55,428 bases of DNA, from the IMG/VR virus record IMGVR_UViG_3300034102_000073, positions 1-55,428 of that record; one strand, 5' to 3'. This DNA comes from a virus (taxonomy: Duplodnaviria > Caudoviricetes). Below the pieces are notes generated by a model, which saw nothing but the letters and a program-made list of their open reading frames with translations, had not been told where the DNA came from and made no database searches. A program made the position numbers and the translations under genes. This document shows positions 38,008 to 45,909 of the stretch, piece by piece. The stretch's first letter is position 1; each line of letters opens with the position of its first letter.

Positions 38008-40052
38008 GCTGCCCCCGTCTGTTTATTCGAAACTACATTACCCTCTGCTCCGCCCTTAGGCGCACCATCAGGCTGCGTAGGAGTAGACGTAGCGCCTTTA
38101 GCTTGCGACATAGCAAGCCGCGCCTGCGTACGCGATTCAAAAAGAGCTTTCTCTTTGGACGGAATAAGCTCGTCCACTGGCATCTGAAGTCCCTTAGCCA
38201 CTTCGCGCAGCACTGCCGCACGCCCATCTTTACCCATGATCTCCATGTCGATCTGGTTGGCAGTAGCAGTTAGGAACTCGATACGGCGAACATTCATCTG
38301 CTCTTTGTTCGCAAGGTTAATTGCTCCACGCGGCATGATGTCGAGGTCACCCTTGATGGATTCATCCTCGTCGTACCGCATGTTGTAGATGTACTGTCTC
38401 TCAACGATAGGCTTAATCACATCCGAATCAATGTGCATCACCACTTGCCGGATGCCCTTACCAGCCGACCCCATCAGCATGGACAGTCCAGATGATGTGC
38501 GACCTGCGCCCTGTACATTGAGGTCACCGTATAGATATGCGGGAATACCCGAATGGTCGTCAGCCAGTCGGCTGAACTTATCGTAAACAGCGACAAGCGT
38601 ATTCGCGTTGTCCTCAGGCTGTGAGAAACGCACCGCTGGTGCGCTCGACCCAGCCGGATCGTTCATTACCTGCCAGATTTTCCACGGAGAGATTTGAGTA
38701 ATATCTTCGTTTGCCGGGAGACGTTCGAGATTAACTTCGACTTGAGGGCCACTAGCGATGCCCATGTTGTTGACAAGTGCCCGCGCAGCCGCGTTACATA
38801 CGTTCTGAATATCTTCAATAATCTCTGGTATGCCTTTACCCCAGAACGCACCGGGGCACTTGATAAAAGACGTTTTAGCATAAGGCTTCTCCCCTAACGG
38901 ATCGTAGTTTAGGACAGCCTTAATGACATAGTTACCTACTACCCAGACGTTTGCATCGTACTCTTTTGCTGAGTCAGGAACCTCATCTTCGGTCATCCCC
39001 CACTCCTGCAACATCTTGCCGGAGACTTTACCCCAGAACTCAAGGGCGTCAAAGATTTCAGTCGGACGCATTTCCGTATGGTATTTACGCTCCTCCTGTT
39101 CCTTGATTAGCTCGACATCTTGGTTGATCCAAGACTGTCCATTACCGATCTCAAGTACTTTACGAATAGCGTCGTCGTCATAACCCGGCACACCGATCAG
39201 GTCTGCCAGTTCCATACGAGTCAGGGGGTGATGCTCAAAGATGTAGCCCTCATGGACATTGGAAATGCCCGGCTCAGGAAAAATACGGAAGGGATCAACA
39301 CGCTCGAACTCCGGCGCAATCCGGTCAACAGGCAGGGCTGTAGTACGGCCTTGCTCGTCTTTACCCCAGCCTAGCGCACGCTGACGGCGTACCACTGGCC
39401 CTTTGATGAAGGCTGCTGGGAATGTGACCAGATCGGTGATGAAATCGTTGAACGCCTCAGCCCAGCCACCTTGAGCAAACTGATCGCTGATACGATGCTT
39501 CATACGATCAGCGCGGTTCTGAGCCTCTTGCAGTACACGGAAGCGGAAATCTTGCGAAATCATTTCGCGCAGTTCAGCCATCTCCTGCTGCGAGGGCGCA
39601 CGATCTTGTGCTTCGATGATCTTCATGACCTGATCGTAGAAAATCTTTTCTACCTCAGCCTTTTGTGCGGGCTGCAAATCAGGGATCGGAGTTGGCTGTG
39701 CATCCCACGGAGGAGTGCCAGTATCTAGGAGGATGTCCCTGAGCCAAGACTCCGCTGCGCGGCACTTGACTTCGGTAATCATCATGAACACTTCAGACCC
39801 GCCTTGTTTACGGATCGCTGTCAATTTATCTGCTTCGTACTCGCCGTTACGCTGGCGCATAGCCCTTAGCATCTTCTGCTCAATGGGCTTCTTAGCAATA
39901 CGCGCTGCGTCCCAACACTGCCGCAAGTAATCGGAGATACCCAGAATAAAGGGCGTGTTCTGGCGGTCAGCCAGTTCTCTTTCGAGCTGCTCCTTTTCGG
40001 CTTTTACAAGTTGGTCGTTCGAGACGACCCGCAGTATTGAGAGGCCAGCCAT
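38004..40052 (-). CDS. Portal protein
   Basis: About 680 aa; VDPF.IFP, FWG.GI...QN..N...R...NN, RT.SG.SML motifs. Confidence 0.88.
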   Translation of the reverse strand: MAGLSILRVVSNDQLVKAEKEQLERELADRQNTPFILGISDYLRQCWDAARIAKKPIEQKMLRAMRQRNGEYEADKLTAIRKQGGSEVFMMITEVKCRAAESWLRDILLDTGTPPWDAQPTPIPDLQPAQKAEVEKIFYDQVMKIIEAQDRAPSQQEMAELREMISQDFRFRVLQEAQNRADRMKHRISDQFAQGGWAEAFNDFITDLVTFPAAFIKGPVVRRQRALGWGKDEQGRTTALPVDRIAPEFERVDPFRIFPEPGISNVHEGYIFEHHPLTRMELADLIGVPGYDDDAIRKVLEIGNGQSWINQDVELIKEQEERKYHTEMRPTEIFDALEFWGKVSGKMLQEWGMTEDEVPDSAKEYDANVWVVGNYVIKAVLNYDPLGEKPYAKTSFIKCPGAFWGKGIPEIIEDIQNVCNAAARALVNNMGIASGPQVEVNLERLPANEDITQISPWKIWQVMNDPAGSSAPAVRFSQPEDNANTLVAVYDKFSRLADDHSGIPAYLYGDLNVQGAGRTSSGLSMLMGSAGKGIRQVVMHIDSDVIKPIVERQYIYNMRYDEDESIKGDLDIMPRGAINLANKEQMNVRRIEFLTATANQIDMEIMGKDGRAAVLREVAKGLQMPVDELIPSKEKALFESRTQARLAMSQAKGATSTPTQPDGAPKGGAEGNVVSNKQTGAA

Positions 40053-40282
40053 CAAGATTCCTTCTTGTACTTAAACAGATCGCGCTTACCGACTAGCTTT
40101 CTGGGTGTAATGTCGGTGGCTCCTAGCTCTGCGACTCGTGGTTTAGGAGCTTCAGGCTCAGGCATCGGTTCTTCTTCAGGAACGTACCCACCCTCCGCAT
40201 AGCCTTTAGCTTGCGGGCGGTATGGCTTGCCCATCTTCGGGTTATCCGAGTAGCAAGTCGAGGGTTTTCCTTTTCCGTTCAT
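40052..40282 (-). CDS. Small protein with YAEGG motif
   Basis: AGGAGGAG RBS; coupled to portal start. Confidence 0.65.
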   Translation of the reverse strand: MNGKGKPSTCYSDNPKMGKPYRPQAKGYAEGGYVPEEEPMPEPEAPKPRVAELGATDITPRKLVGKRDLFKYKKES

Positions 40283-40311
40283 ATGCTCCTCCTACTACAT
40301 ATTGTAGTGTA

Positions 40312-40341
40312 GGTCTAGCAGGAAGTATATACGGGTGTCAA
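40312..40341 (-). promoter_or_regulatory. Putative late promoter TTGACA-N18-TAGACC with extended -10 TG
   Basis: Minus strand ttgaca cccgtatatacttcctgc tagacc, directly after a terminator. Confidence 0.45.
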
Positions 40342-40376
40342 AGAAAAAAGAACCCCCGGATTTCTCGACGGGGGTA
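40341..40376 (-). terminator. Rho-independent terminator after terL
   Basis: Minus strand acccccg-loop-cgggggt followed by tcttttttcttt. Confidence 0.7.
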
Positions 40377-40423
40377 AAGCCGCTGGAAGGGAACAGCGGG
40401 GCGAAGGAGAAATAAAACGACAA

Positions 40424-41809
40424 CTATGTCCACCCCACCGCCGACGCTGGCTTGATTTCCCGCCGCTGGGCGAGCATCTGACCCCCACCGGTAGTGATAT
40501 GGAGCATGAGATATTGTAACGCTTCGGCAACATGAGAGTGTTTGTTTTTCTCAATATCCATGTCGCCACGGGGTTTATACCTATAGCCCCCCATCATGGC
40601 GGCTTTGAGTTGAGTGCAGCCGGGATCGACAATGAACGCTGGATCGCCGTCAACCTGACGCATCAGGTATTCGTCCACCGCGTTGATTCGCGCCGAGACA
40701 TTATTCGTCTTAGCCGGGATAACCCGCAGATTCTCCGCCTTAATGATGTCCACAGCAGAACGCTCATCCGTCTGCGCCCGCTGAACACCCGCCGGATCAG
40801 TAACCACCAATATGGGCGCACCGGGGAACCTCTCGTAAAGTAAGGGCTTTAAGACGGTTCGGACAAATCGTTGGACACCCATGTCAAAACTGACCGCTTC
40901 CGCCAGCACGAGGGCACGGCCTCTGGCATCTTGTTGCCCGATGACGGCGGCTGGGGTAAGCCCCAAGTCCATCCCGATAACAATGGGTCGAACCCCATTG
41001 TTGATATAGCGAAGTTTCTGCTTAGCCATATGGTAGTCAGGCCGGAAATACTTGTACACCGGCATACCAGCCGAGGACAGTCCATACTCGCCGTCGATGT
41101 AAACTCGGATGTATTCTTCGGAACGACCCTGAGTGTCGTAGTACCCCTCTGGTAAGTTCTCGACGTTTTCTGCGTAGATGCTACGACCCGAAGGTTGCTT
41201 GAATACATCCCATCCGTTGTCATTGGGCGATACTCCGTCCTTGGGATCGAGTCCTTCCATCTGATAATACCACCAAGTATCCATGGTGGGAGGGTTAGTA
41301 TCGCCCCACATACCGTGCCAAGTCGGGCCACCATCCTTGGCTGAAGGAAAACGACCGATACGTTTGGACATTGCGTCCACAATATCCGGGTGGATGTCCC
41401 GGCACTCGTTGAACCACGCGAATGTCAATTCCAGCGAGTTCAAGTTGGCTACATCGTCCGCATCGTCCAGCGCACGGAACATAATCTCGCACTCTACGTC
41501 CCCCACTTTAAAGAAATAGGTCTTGGTGGTACGCATATAGTCGCCGCATACCCCCGGTGGGAACCAGTCGAGGAAAGTTTTGATCGTTGTATCCTGCAAC
41601 TGACGGGCAGTTTCACGGACAATCGCCGCTCGCGTCTTGCGAATCCCCTGCGCGTTGGGTTTTTGCATGGAAGCACGGCGGACAATCTCAAAAGATGAAG
41701 TCACGGACTTGCCAGAGCCGACCGGCCCCATCAAAACGCGCATTTTCGCGTTCGACTCCATGAACTTTGCCCCCGTAGGTGGGGGTGTGTAGTCAATATC
41801 GAGTGCCAT
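40424..41809 (-). CDS. terL: Terminase large subunit
   Basis: GPVGSGKS Walker A, WFNE Walker B, DTNPP motif III, GMDLG nuclease Asp, SHVAEALQY; start MALDID coupled (TAATG) to upstream gene. Confidence 0.92.
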   Translation of the reverse strand: MALDIDYTPPPTGAKFMESNAKMRVLMGPVGSGKSVTSSFEIVRRASMQKPNAQGIRKTRAAIVRETARQLQDTTIKTFLDWFPPGVCGDYMRTTKTYFFKVGDVECEIMFRALDDADDVANLNSLELTFAWFNECRDIHPDIVDAMSKRIGRFPSAKDGGPTWHGMWGDTNPPTMDTWWYYQMEGLDPKDGVSPNDNGWDVFKQPSGRSIYAENVENLPEGYYDTQGRSEEYIRVYIDGEYGLSSAGMPVYKYFRPDYHMAKQKLRYINNGVRPIVIGMDLGLTPAAVIGQQDARGRALVLAEAVSFDMGVQRFVRTVLKPLLYERFPGAPILVVTDPAGVQRAQTDERSAVDIIKAENLRVIPAKTNNVSARINAVDEYLMRQVDGDPAFIVDPGCTQLKAAMMGGYRYKPRGDMDIEKNKHSHVAEALQYLMLHITTGGGQMLAQRREIKPASAVGWT

Positions 41810-42078
41810 TACGGACGATCCGGGAAAATTCCCTCGACACAGATGATTTTGCTGGGCTGCCCGATCTCCCAACCATGGACTTTCGTGCCATGCTCGTTTG
41901 TCGGACGCCAATCGGGTAGTTTGAAGTTATTGACACCATCGCCGCCGTAGGTTGTACCAATAATGGCGAACAACGGGGTGAAATCTCGGATGTTTATGGT
42001 CTGTCCGTCACACGATGCCCAATGTCTTGGTGCAAACTGCCCCGCAAACTCTCGTACTTCTCCAATATAGCCTTCCAT
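41809..42078 (-). CDS. Stand-alone phage tail-collar domain protein
   Basis: YIGEV..FAG.FAP..W..CDGQ.......LF.IIGTTYGGDG..NF.LPD; AGGAGG RBS. Confidence 0.85.
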   Translation of the reverse strand: MEGYIGEVREFAGQFAPRHWASCDGQTINIRDFTPLFAIIGTTYGGDGVNNFKLPDWRPTNEHGTKVHGWEIGQPSKIICVEGIFPDRP

Positions 42079-42088
42079 ATCGCCCTCC

Positions 42089-42289
42089 TTAGGTCAGTGG
42101 TTCCACAAGCATAACCACAAACTCGCGCCCGCGCTTCTTATGCTTGGAGATTTTAGTCTTGAAAGAAGCTCCCGCCTCCCTTAGACCGGTTGTAAAGTTA
42201 TGATACTCAGCGGAACTGGTGAAAATTGCGGCCTTGAAGCCATCGTAAGTCTGATTAAGCCTGTTGGCTATGCTCAATGGTAGCGACAT
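42089..42289 (-). CDS. Small hypothetical protein
   Basis: GAGGTG RBS; overlaps terS end. Confidence 0.55.
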   Translation of the reverse strand: MSLPLSIANRLNQTYDGFKAAIFTSSAEYHNFTTGLREAGASFKTKISKHKKRGREFVVMLVEPLT

Positions 42290-42749
42290 CCGTCACCTCG
42301 TTTGTGGATTCAGCCTCAATAACCTGCATCTCGTGATCTTTACCACCCAAATTGATGGTGATTCGCACACCGCCAGCACTATTGTCGGTCTGAATGTCGC
42401 CCTTCGGCTCCAACCCAGCCCACTTTACGGTCGATTTGATGAGATCAGCCTTCACCGCCGGGCTTACGCCGGGGTCGTGGATCAACATATAAGATGTTGT
42501 CAGGAGTTCTTCAGCCTGTGCGCGGGCCTTTAGGCGGAATGTCAACCCTTTTTCCTTGATCTCGGACTGGTAGTGTTCCACTTTTTTCAGGAACACCGGG
42601 TCTTTGTTGAACTCAAGGATGTCTGCGGCGGCAATTTTGTGCCGTGCGACTACTTCCTGCAACGATTCTCCGCTGCCTTCAAGCATCAGCGCGACATCAA
42701 AGGCCAGTCGGTCTGACCATTTCGTGAGTTGTAGAGGGAGAGTATCCAT
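42255..42749 (-). CDS. Terminase small subunit (putative)
   Basis: First late gene, upstream of terL; helical N-terminus, V.ITINLG C-terminal strand. Confidence 0.7.
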   Translation of the reverse strand: MDTLPLQLTKWSDRLAFDVALMLEGSGESLQEVVARHKIAAADILEFNKDPVFLKKVEHYQSEIKEKGLTFRLKARAQAEELLTTSYMLIHDPGVSPAVKADLIKSTVKWAGLEPKGDIQTDNSAGGVRITINLGGKDHEMQVIEAESTNEVTDVATIEHSQQA

Positions 42750-42755
42750 GCGCCG

Positions 42756-42786
42756 ACTATATCACAGCAACTTACGGCAGTGTCAA
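42756..42786 (-). promoter_or_regulatory. Putative late promoter TTGACA-N19-TATAGT (extended -10), leaderless terS
   Basis: Minus strand ttgaca ctgccgtaagttgctgtga tatagt cggcgc ATG. Confidence 0.55.
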
Positions 42787-42931
42787 TAGGGGGTATATAG
42801 ATATTAGGAAGATTAGGCGGCGGGGCTAACTTTACACGATGCTTTTTTGGGGTCTTGTTTTGAGAGGTTTACTACACATGGGGGGCGGCTCGAATCGCCA
42901 GTCCATGTGCCCCCCTCCCTGCCAGTCCGAA

Positions 42932-42973
42932 TCGACTGCGACCGACCGCGACCGCTCGACCGACCGCGACCGC
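42932..42973. repeat. Short CGAC/CGACCG tandem repeats in the divergent intergenic region
   Basis: tcgactgcgaccgaccgcgaccgctcgaccgaccgcgaccgc. Confidence 0.75.
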
Positions 42974-42997
42974 AAAGCCCTAGCATTTGCTGGTAAC

Positions 42998-43026
42998 TTG
43001 ACACTTTCGTCAGGTTCTGCGAGTCT
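42998..43026 (+). promoter_or_regulatory. Putative early promoter P1 TTGACA-N17-GAGTCT
   Basis: Same architecture as 44408-44436. Confidence 0.6.
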
Positions 43027-43112
43027 GAAATTGTCGATGCAAGACAGCACCGACAGAGCAGGCGAGTTGCCTAGCTCACCTGTTCTTTGACAATTAGGCA
43101 TGGAGAAATGAA

Positions 43113-43415
43113 ATGACTAATGTCATGGATCGTCCGACACACGTACGTGTCATCGTCGCCCCTAAAGCAGGGTACTTGAAACTTGAGGGCTGCGCTGCTG
43201 ATGCCACTGGCACAGTGTTCAAAGCCGATCAACACAAGGAAGTTTACAACTTCATGGTGAAGAAAGGCAAAGAACTCAAGCGCGAAGTCAAGGTTTGGAT
43301 TCAGTCTGCTGGTGCAAAAACACCAGAGATTAAATTCAACAAGTGGGATCAGAAACCTTACATGGCTCTGATCGACGACACACAACCCAAAGCATCCGCT
43401 AAGGTTGTGTTGTAA
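43113..43415 (+). CDS. Early protein, paralogue A
   Basis: CATGGAG RBS; aligns by eye with 44513-44833. Confidence 0.85.
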   Translation: MTNVMDRPTHVRVIVAPKAGYLKLEGCAADATGTVFKADQHKEVYNFMVKKGKELKREVKVWIQSAGAKTPEIKFNKWDQKPYMALIDDTQPKASAKVVL

Positions 43416-43422
43416 GTAAGAG

Positions 43423-43452
43423 ACCCCAGCCGGTAACCCCGGCTGGGTTTTC
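43423..43452 (+). terminator. Rho-independent terminator
   Basis: cccagccgg-loop-ccggctggg followed by tttt. Confidence 0.7.
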
Positions 43453-43473
43453 CTAAACTCTCTGGAGATAAAG

Positions 43474-43650
43474 ATGAAAGAGACTATGCAAAAACCGTGG
43501 CTCACGGAACTAGAGCAAAAACTGGCAGACCGTGTAGAGCAGCAAAACCTGTACTTTACACAGACTAGCAAGTTCATCCGCAGGGAATGGGATATTGAGT
43601 TCAAACAACTCAAAGACCAGAACTGCCACGGTATCAACCAGCGGTACTAA
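43474..43650 (+). CDS. Small early protein, 58 aa (MKETMQKPWLTELEQKLADR...), absent from the ORF track
   Basis: TGGAG RBS; manual translation; ends at TAACCAC-hairpin. Confidence 0.65.
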   Translation: MKETMQKPWLTELEQKLADRVEQQNLYFTQTSKFIRREWDIEFKQLKDQNCHGINQRY

Positions 43651-43693
43651 CCACAGGGAGGGCAGACGCCCTCCCTACTTTCAGGAGAATGAA

Positions 43694-43852
43694 ATGGAAA
43701 AGATCATGGAAATCACATTCGCCATCATCGGCACAATACTGACCACAGTTGCACTGATTCAGTTAGTACCCGAAGGGATGTGGCTCTCACTGGCAGCACT
43801 GGTGATTGGCCCACAGATGATAGCGATGGCGATACGATCAGCAAGAGACTAA
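43694..43852 (+). CDS. Small two-TM early membrane protein
   Basis: AGGAG..ATGAAATG start; two hydrophobic segments. Confidence 0.7.
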   Translation: MEKIMEITFAIIGTILTTVALIQLVPEGMWLSLAALVIGPQMIAMAIRSARD

Positions 43853-43856
43853 CCAC

Positions 43857-43883
43857 AGCCCGGCGAAAGCCGGGTTTTTTATT
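43857..43883 (+). terminator. Rho-independent terminator
   Basis: cccggc-gaaa-gccggg followed by ttttttatt. Confidence 0.85.
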
Positions 43884-43984
43884 GCCTGCGTTTTTCTTTT
43901 GTATATATAAAACACCATACGTCGGGGGTATATAGCACGCTATGCGGCATAACTAGACATGAATGGGGGTAAAAGCGTAGCAAT

Positions 43985-44350
43985 GCAGCAACTATCTAAC
44001 TCAGATTTTCCATGGCCCGAACTATATAGCAGTTTTAGATACCTCAACTTTACACTTTACATGTCAAGTTACTAGTGTTTCCAAGGGAATCCAAGGGATT
44101 GACTCTCTATATCTATCTAACTATCTAGAATATATAGATAAAAAGGGTACTGTTTGATTCCACTTTCGATGATTCTGATTTTTAATTTTTGCGAACAATA
44201 ATTGTAGTACCCCATCATCTCAAAAAACATAGATAGTTTAGATAGTTGCCCCAAAACCCGCATGAATACTAAGTTTTCCCTATCTCGTACAGTTAGATAA
44301 TCTACCTAAACTTGACACTTCATCTAGATAGTTGTATATAAACCTTACAT
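43985..44350. repeat. AT-rich non-coding region with inverted AACTATCTA/TAGATAGTT repeats; candidate replication origin
   Basis: AACTATCTA at 43990 and 44119; TAGATAGTT at 44230, 44239 and 44325; additional degenerate copies. Confidence 0.65.
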
Positions 44351-44407
44351 CTGATGGTCACAACAGTAGCTCCATTCACCTTACTTCTTACTTTGAAGTG
44401 TCGAAAC

Positions 44408-44436
44408 TTGACACTCGGCTCGGCTTCGGCGAGACT
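44408..44436 (+). promoter_or_regulatory. Putative early promoter P2 TTGACA-N17-GAGACT
   Basis: Perfect -35, 17-nt spacer; mirrors P1. Confidence 0.6.
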
Positions 44437-44512
44437 GGGTTTGTCCCGAAAGGGCAAGCCGTTAATGACATTACGTCATTAACTTTACATTTACTTTCAT
44501 GGAGATAATGAA

Positions 44513-44833
44513 ATGAAAAAAGAGAAGCCAACACATGTAAACGTCATCCTTCGTCCTAAGGCAGGTGATATTGCCATTGAGGGTGTATGGAAAGCTGATG
44601 GTACAGCGTCATCTGACGGTAAGTTTAGCGTTGATGATGCCAAGGTTATCTACGATTACATGGTTCTGAAGGGTAAGGAACTGAAGAAGAAGTTGCATAC
44701 ATGGTCACCTAAGGAAGGTGCAGGTAGTGTACCTGTCATCAAGTTCAACAAGTATGACAATGCACCGTATGTTGCATTGGTCAGCAGTGCAGAAGCATCT
44801 CGTCAGCCTAGTGCAGTCAAGATTGTTCTGTAA
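44513..44833 (+). CDS. Early protein, paralogue B
   Basis: CATGGAG RBS; PTHV.VI..PKAG, MV.KGKELK, P.IKFNK.D..PY.AL shared with paralogue A. Confidence 0.85.
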   Translation: MKKEKPTHVNVILRPKAGDIAIEGVWKADGTASSDGKFSVDDAKVIYDYMVLKGKELKKKLHTWSPKEGAGSVPVIKFNKYDNAPYVALVSSAEASRQPSAVKIVL

Positions 44834-44838
44834 TCCGT

Positions 44839-44866
44839 GGGACGGTAGCAATACCGTCCCTTTTTT
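44839..44866 (+). terminator. Rho-independent terminator
   Basis: gggacggta-gcaa-taccgtccc followed by tttttt. Confidence 0.85.
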
Positions 44867-44888
44867 CGTTTGTTCATGGAGATATGAA

Positions 44889-45134
44889 ATGACACAACTT
44901 TACATTGATGACACCACTGGTGCATTGAAGATTCAATTTGACCTCGTTGATGAGATGCAATGGGAAGATAAGGCTGAGGCTGAGGGGTTGTTTGTCCCAT
45001 TGGAACTCGTTGGATTGGAGGAAGATGCAGGTCACAACCATGGTTATCACCATGGCAAGGGCAGCAATGGCAGCATCTATGAGTACACCGAATGGTTCTA
45101 TGACGGTGACGATTCAGCGTTCTCTGTTGCGTAA
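44889..45134 (+). CDS. Small acidic early protein
   Basis: CATGGAG..ATGAAATG start; D/E-rich. Confidence 0.7.
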   Translation: MTQLYIDDTTGALKIQFDLVDEMQWEDKAEAEGLFVPLELVGLEEDAGHNHGYHHGKGSNGSIYEYTEWFYDGDDSAFSVA

Positions 45135-45137
45135 TAG

Positions 45138-45491
45138 GTGAGCATCATGGCAAGGATTCCGAACCGTGATGCTCGACTCTATGTCGAGCAACGTAAGCCC
45201 TTTGAGGGTTCAAACATATGGGGTGTATGGCAGAAGTCCACTCTGGTCGAGGATGGGTCAGAGTTCTATGTCGTGTACAGTTTCGGTCATCATTTCCCCA
45301 TGTATGTGTGGTCAGAGGGGGTATGGTTTGAGAATGAGGACAGGTTCAGCCGTACTACATCCAAGCATCAGACCCAATGCCGCCCATCACGTACCACTAT
45401 CCTGCTATCAACGGCATGGATGAAAAAACTAGCCACCCTTGGGTATAGGGGGATAGCAGGACAGCGTGTACTCACAGGAGAACCAGCCTAA
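45138..45491 (+). CDS. Hypothetical early protein
   Basis: YVVYSFG.HFP...S.TTSKHQ pattern. Confidence 0.7.
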   Translation: MSIMARIPNRDARLYVEQRKPFEGSNIWGVWQKSTLVEDGSEFYVVYSFGHHFPMYVWSEGVWFENEDRFSRTTSKHQTQCRPSRTTILLSTAWMKKLATLGYRGIAGQRVLTGEPA

Positions 45492-45703
45492 TGGAAGATT
45501 ACCACTTACCAATATGCACCAACTGCTATGCAGTCAGAGTCGAGCCACATCGCCGCAATATGACAAGACCAACATGTATGGCATGTGGGGAGAAACTTGC
45601 CAAGCAGCGTAAGTTTACGGTGGCATGTAGCAACAAGCAGGGGTACGAGTTGATTACCAACATTGACTACCTCAAACAACTTAACCCAAAAAGGACAATG
45701 TAA
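45491..45703 (+). CDS. Small zinc-finger protein
   Basis: CTNC...CMAC; AGGAG RBS. Confidence 0.7.
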   Translation: MEDYHLPICTNCYAVRVEPHRRNMTRPTCMACGEKLAKQRKFTVACSNKQGYELITNIDYLKQLNPKRTM

Positions 45704-45909
45704 TGTTCCATAAACCTAGACGATCATTACCGAAAGTATTTACCGCCATTGGTACATTCATTGCCTTGGCGGTATTTGTAGGGCTTCTCGCCGCCATGAT
45801 TCTTGAGTGGATGGTGGGGTGTGGGGAAACCTATGTCGATTCCAAAGGGGTACGGCATAGGTATGAGTGTGTGTTCTTAACTATACATAATGAAGGGGTA
45901 AAGAAATGA
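45703..45909 (+). CDS. Small membrane protein
   Basis: One TM helix; TAATG coupling. Confidence 0.65.
   Translation: MFHKPRRSLPKVFTAIGTFIALAVFVGLLAAMILEWMVGCGETYVDSKGVRHRYECVFLTIHNEGVKK

Noticed and set aside
41810-41911. N-terminal extension of terL given in the ORF track
   Set aside because: Overlaps the tail-collar gene; ATG at 41809 is coupled to its stop and gives a normal TerL start
43030-43090. tRNA or known riboswitch in the structured leader
   Set aside because: No cloverleaf, T-loop or CCA, and no aptamer consensus recognisable; kept only as leader hairpins
43071-43637. 188-aa minus-strand ORF over the early genes
   Set aside because: Antisense to two plus-strand genes with clear RBSs and crosses a terminator
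43985-44350. Repeats as a mini-CRISPR array
   Set aside because: Units are only ~9 bp, irregularly spaced and in both orientations
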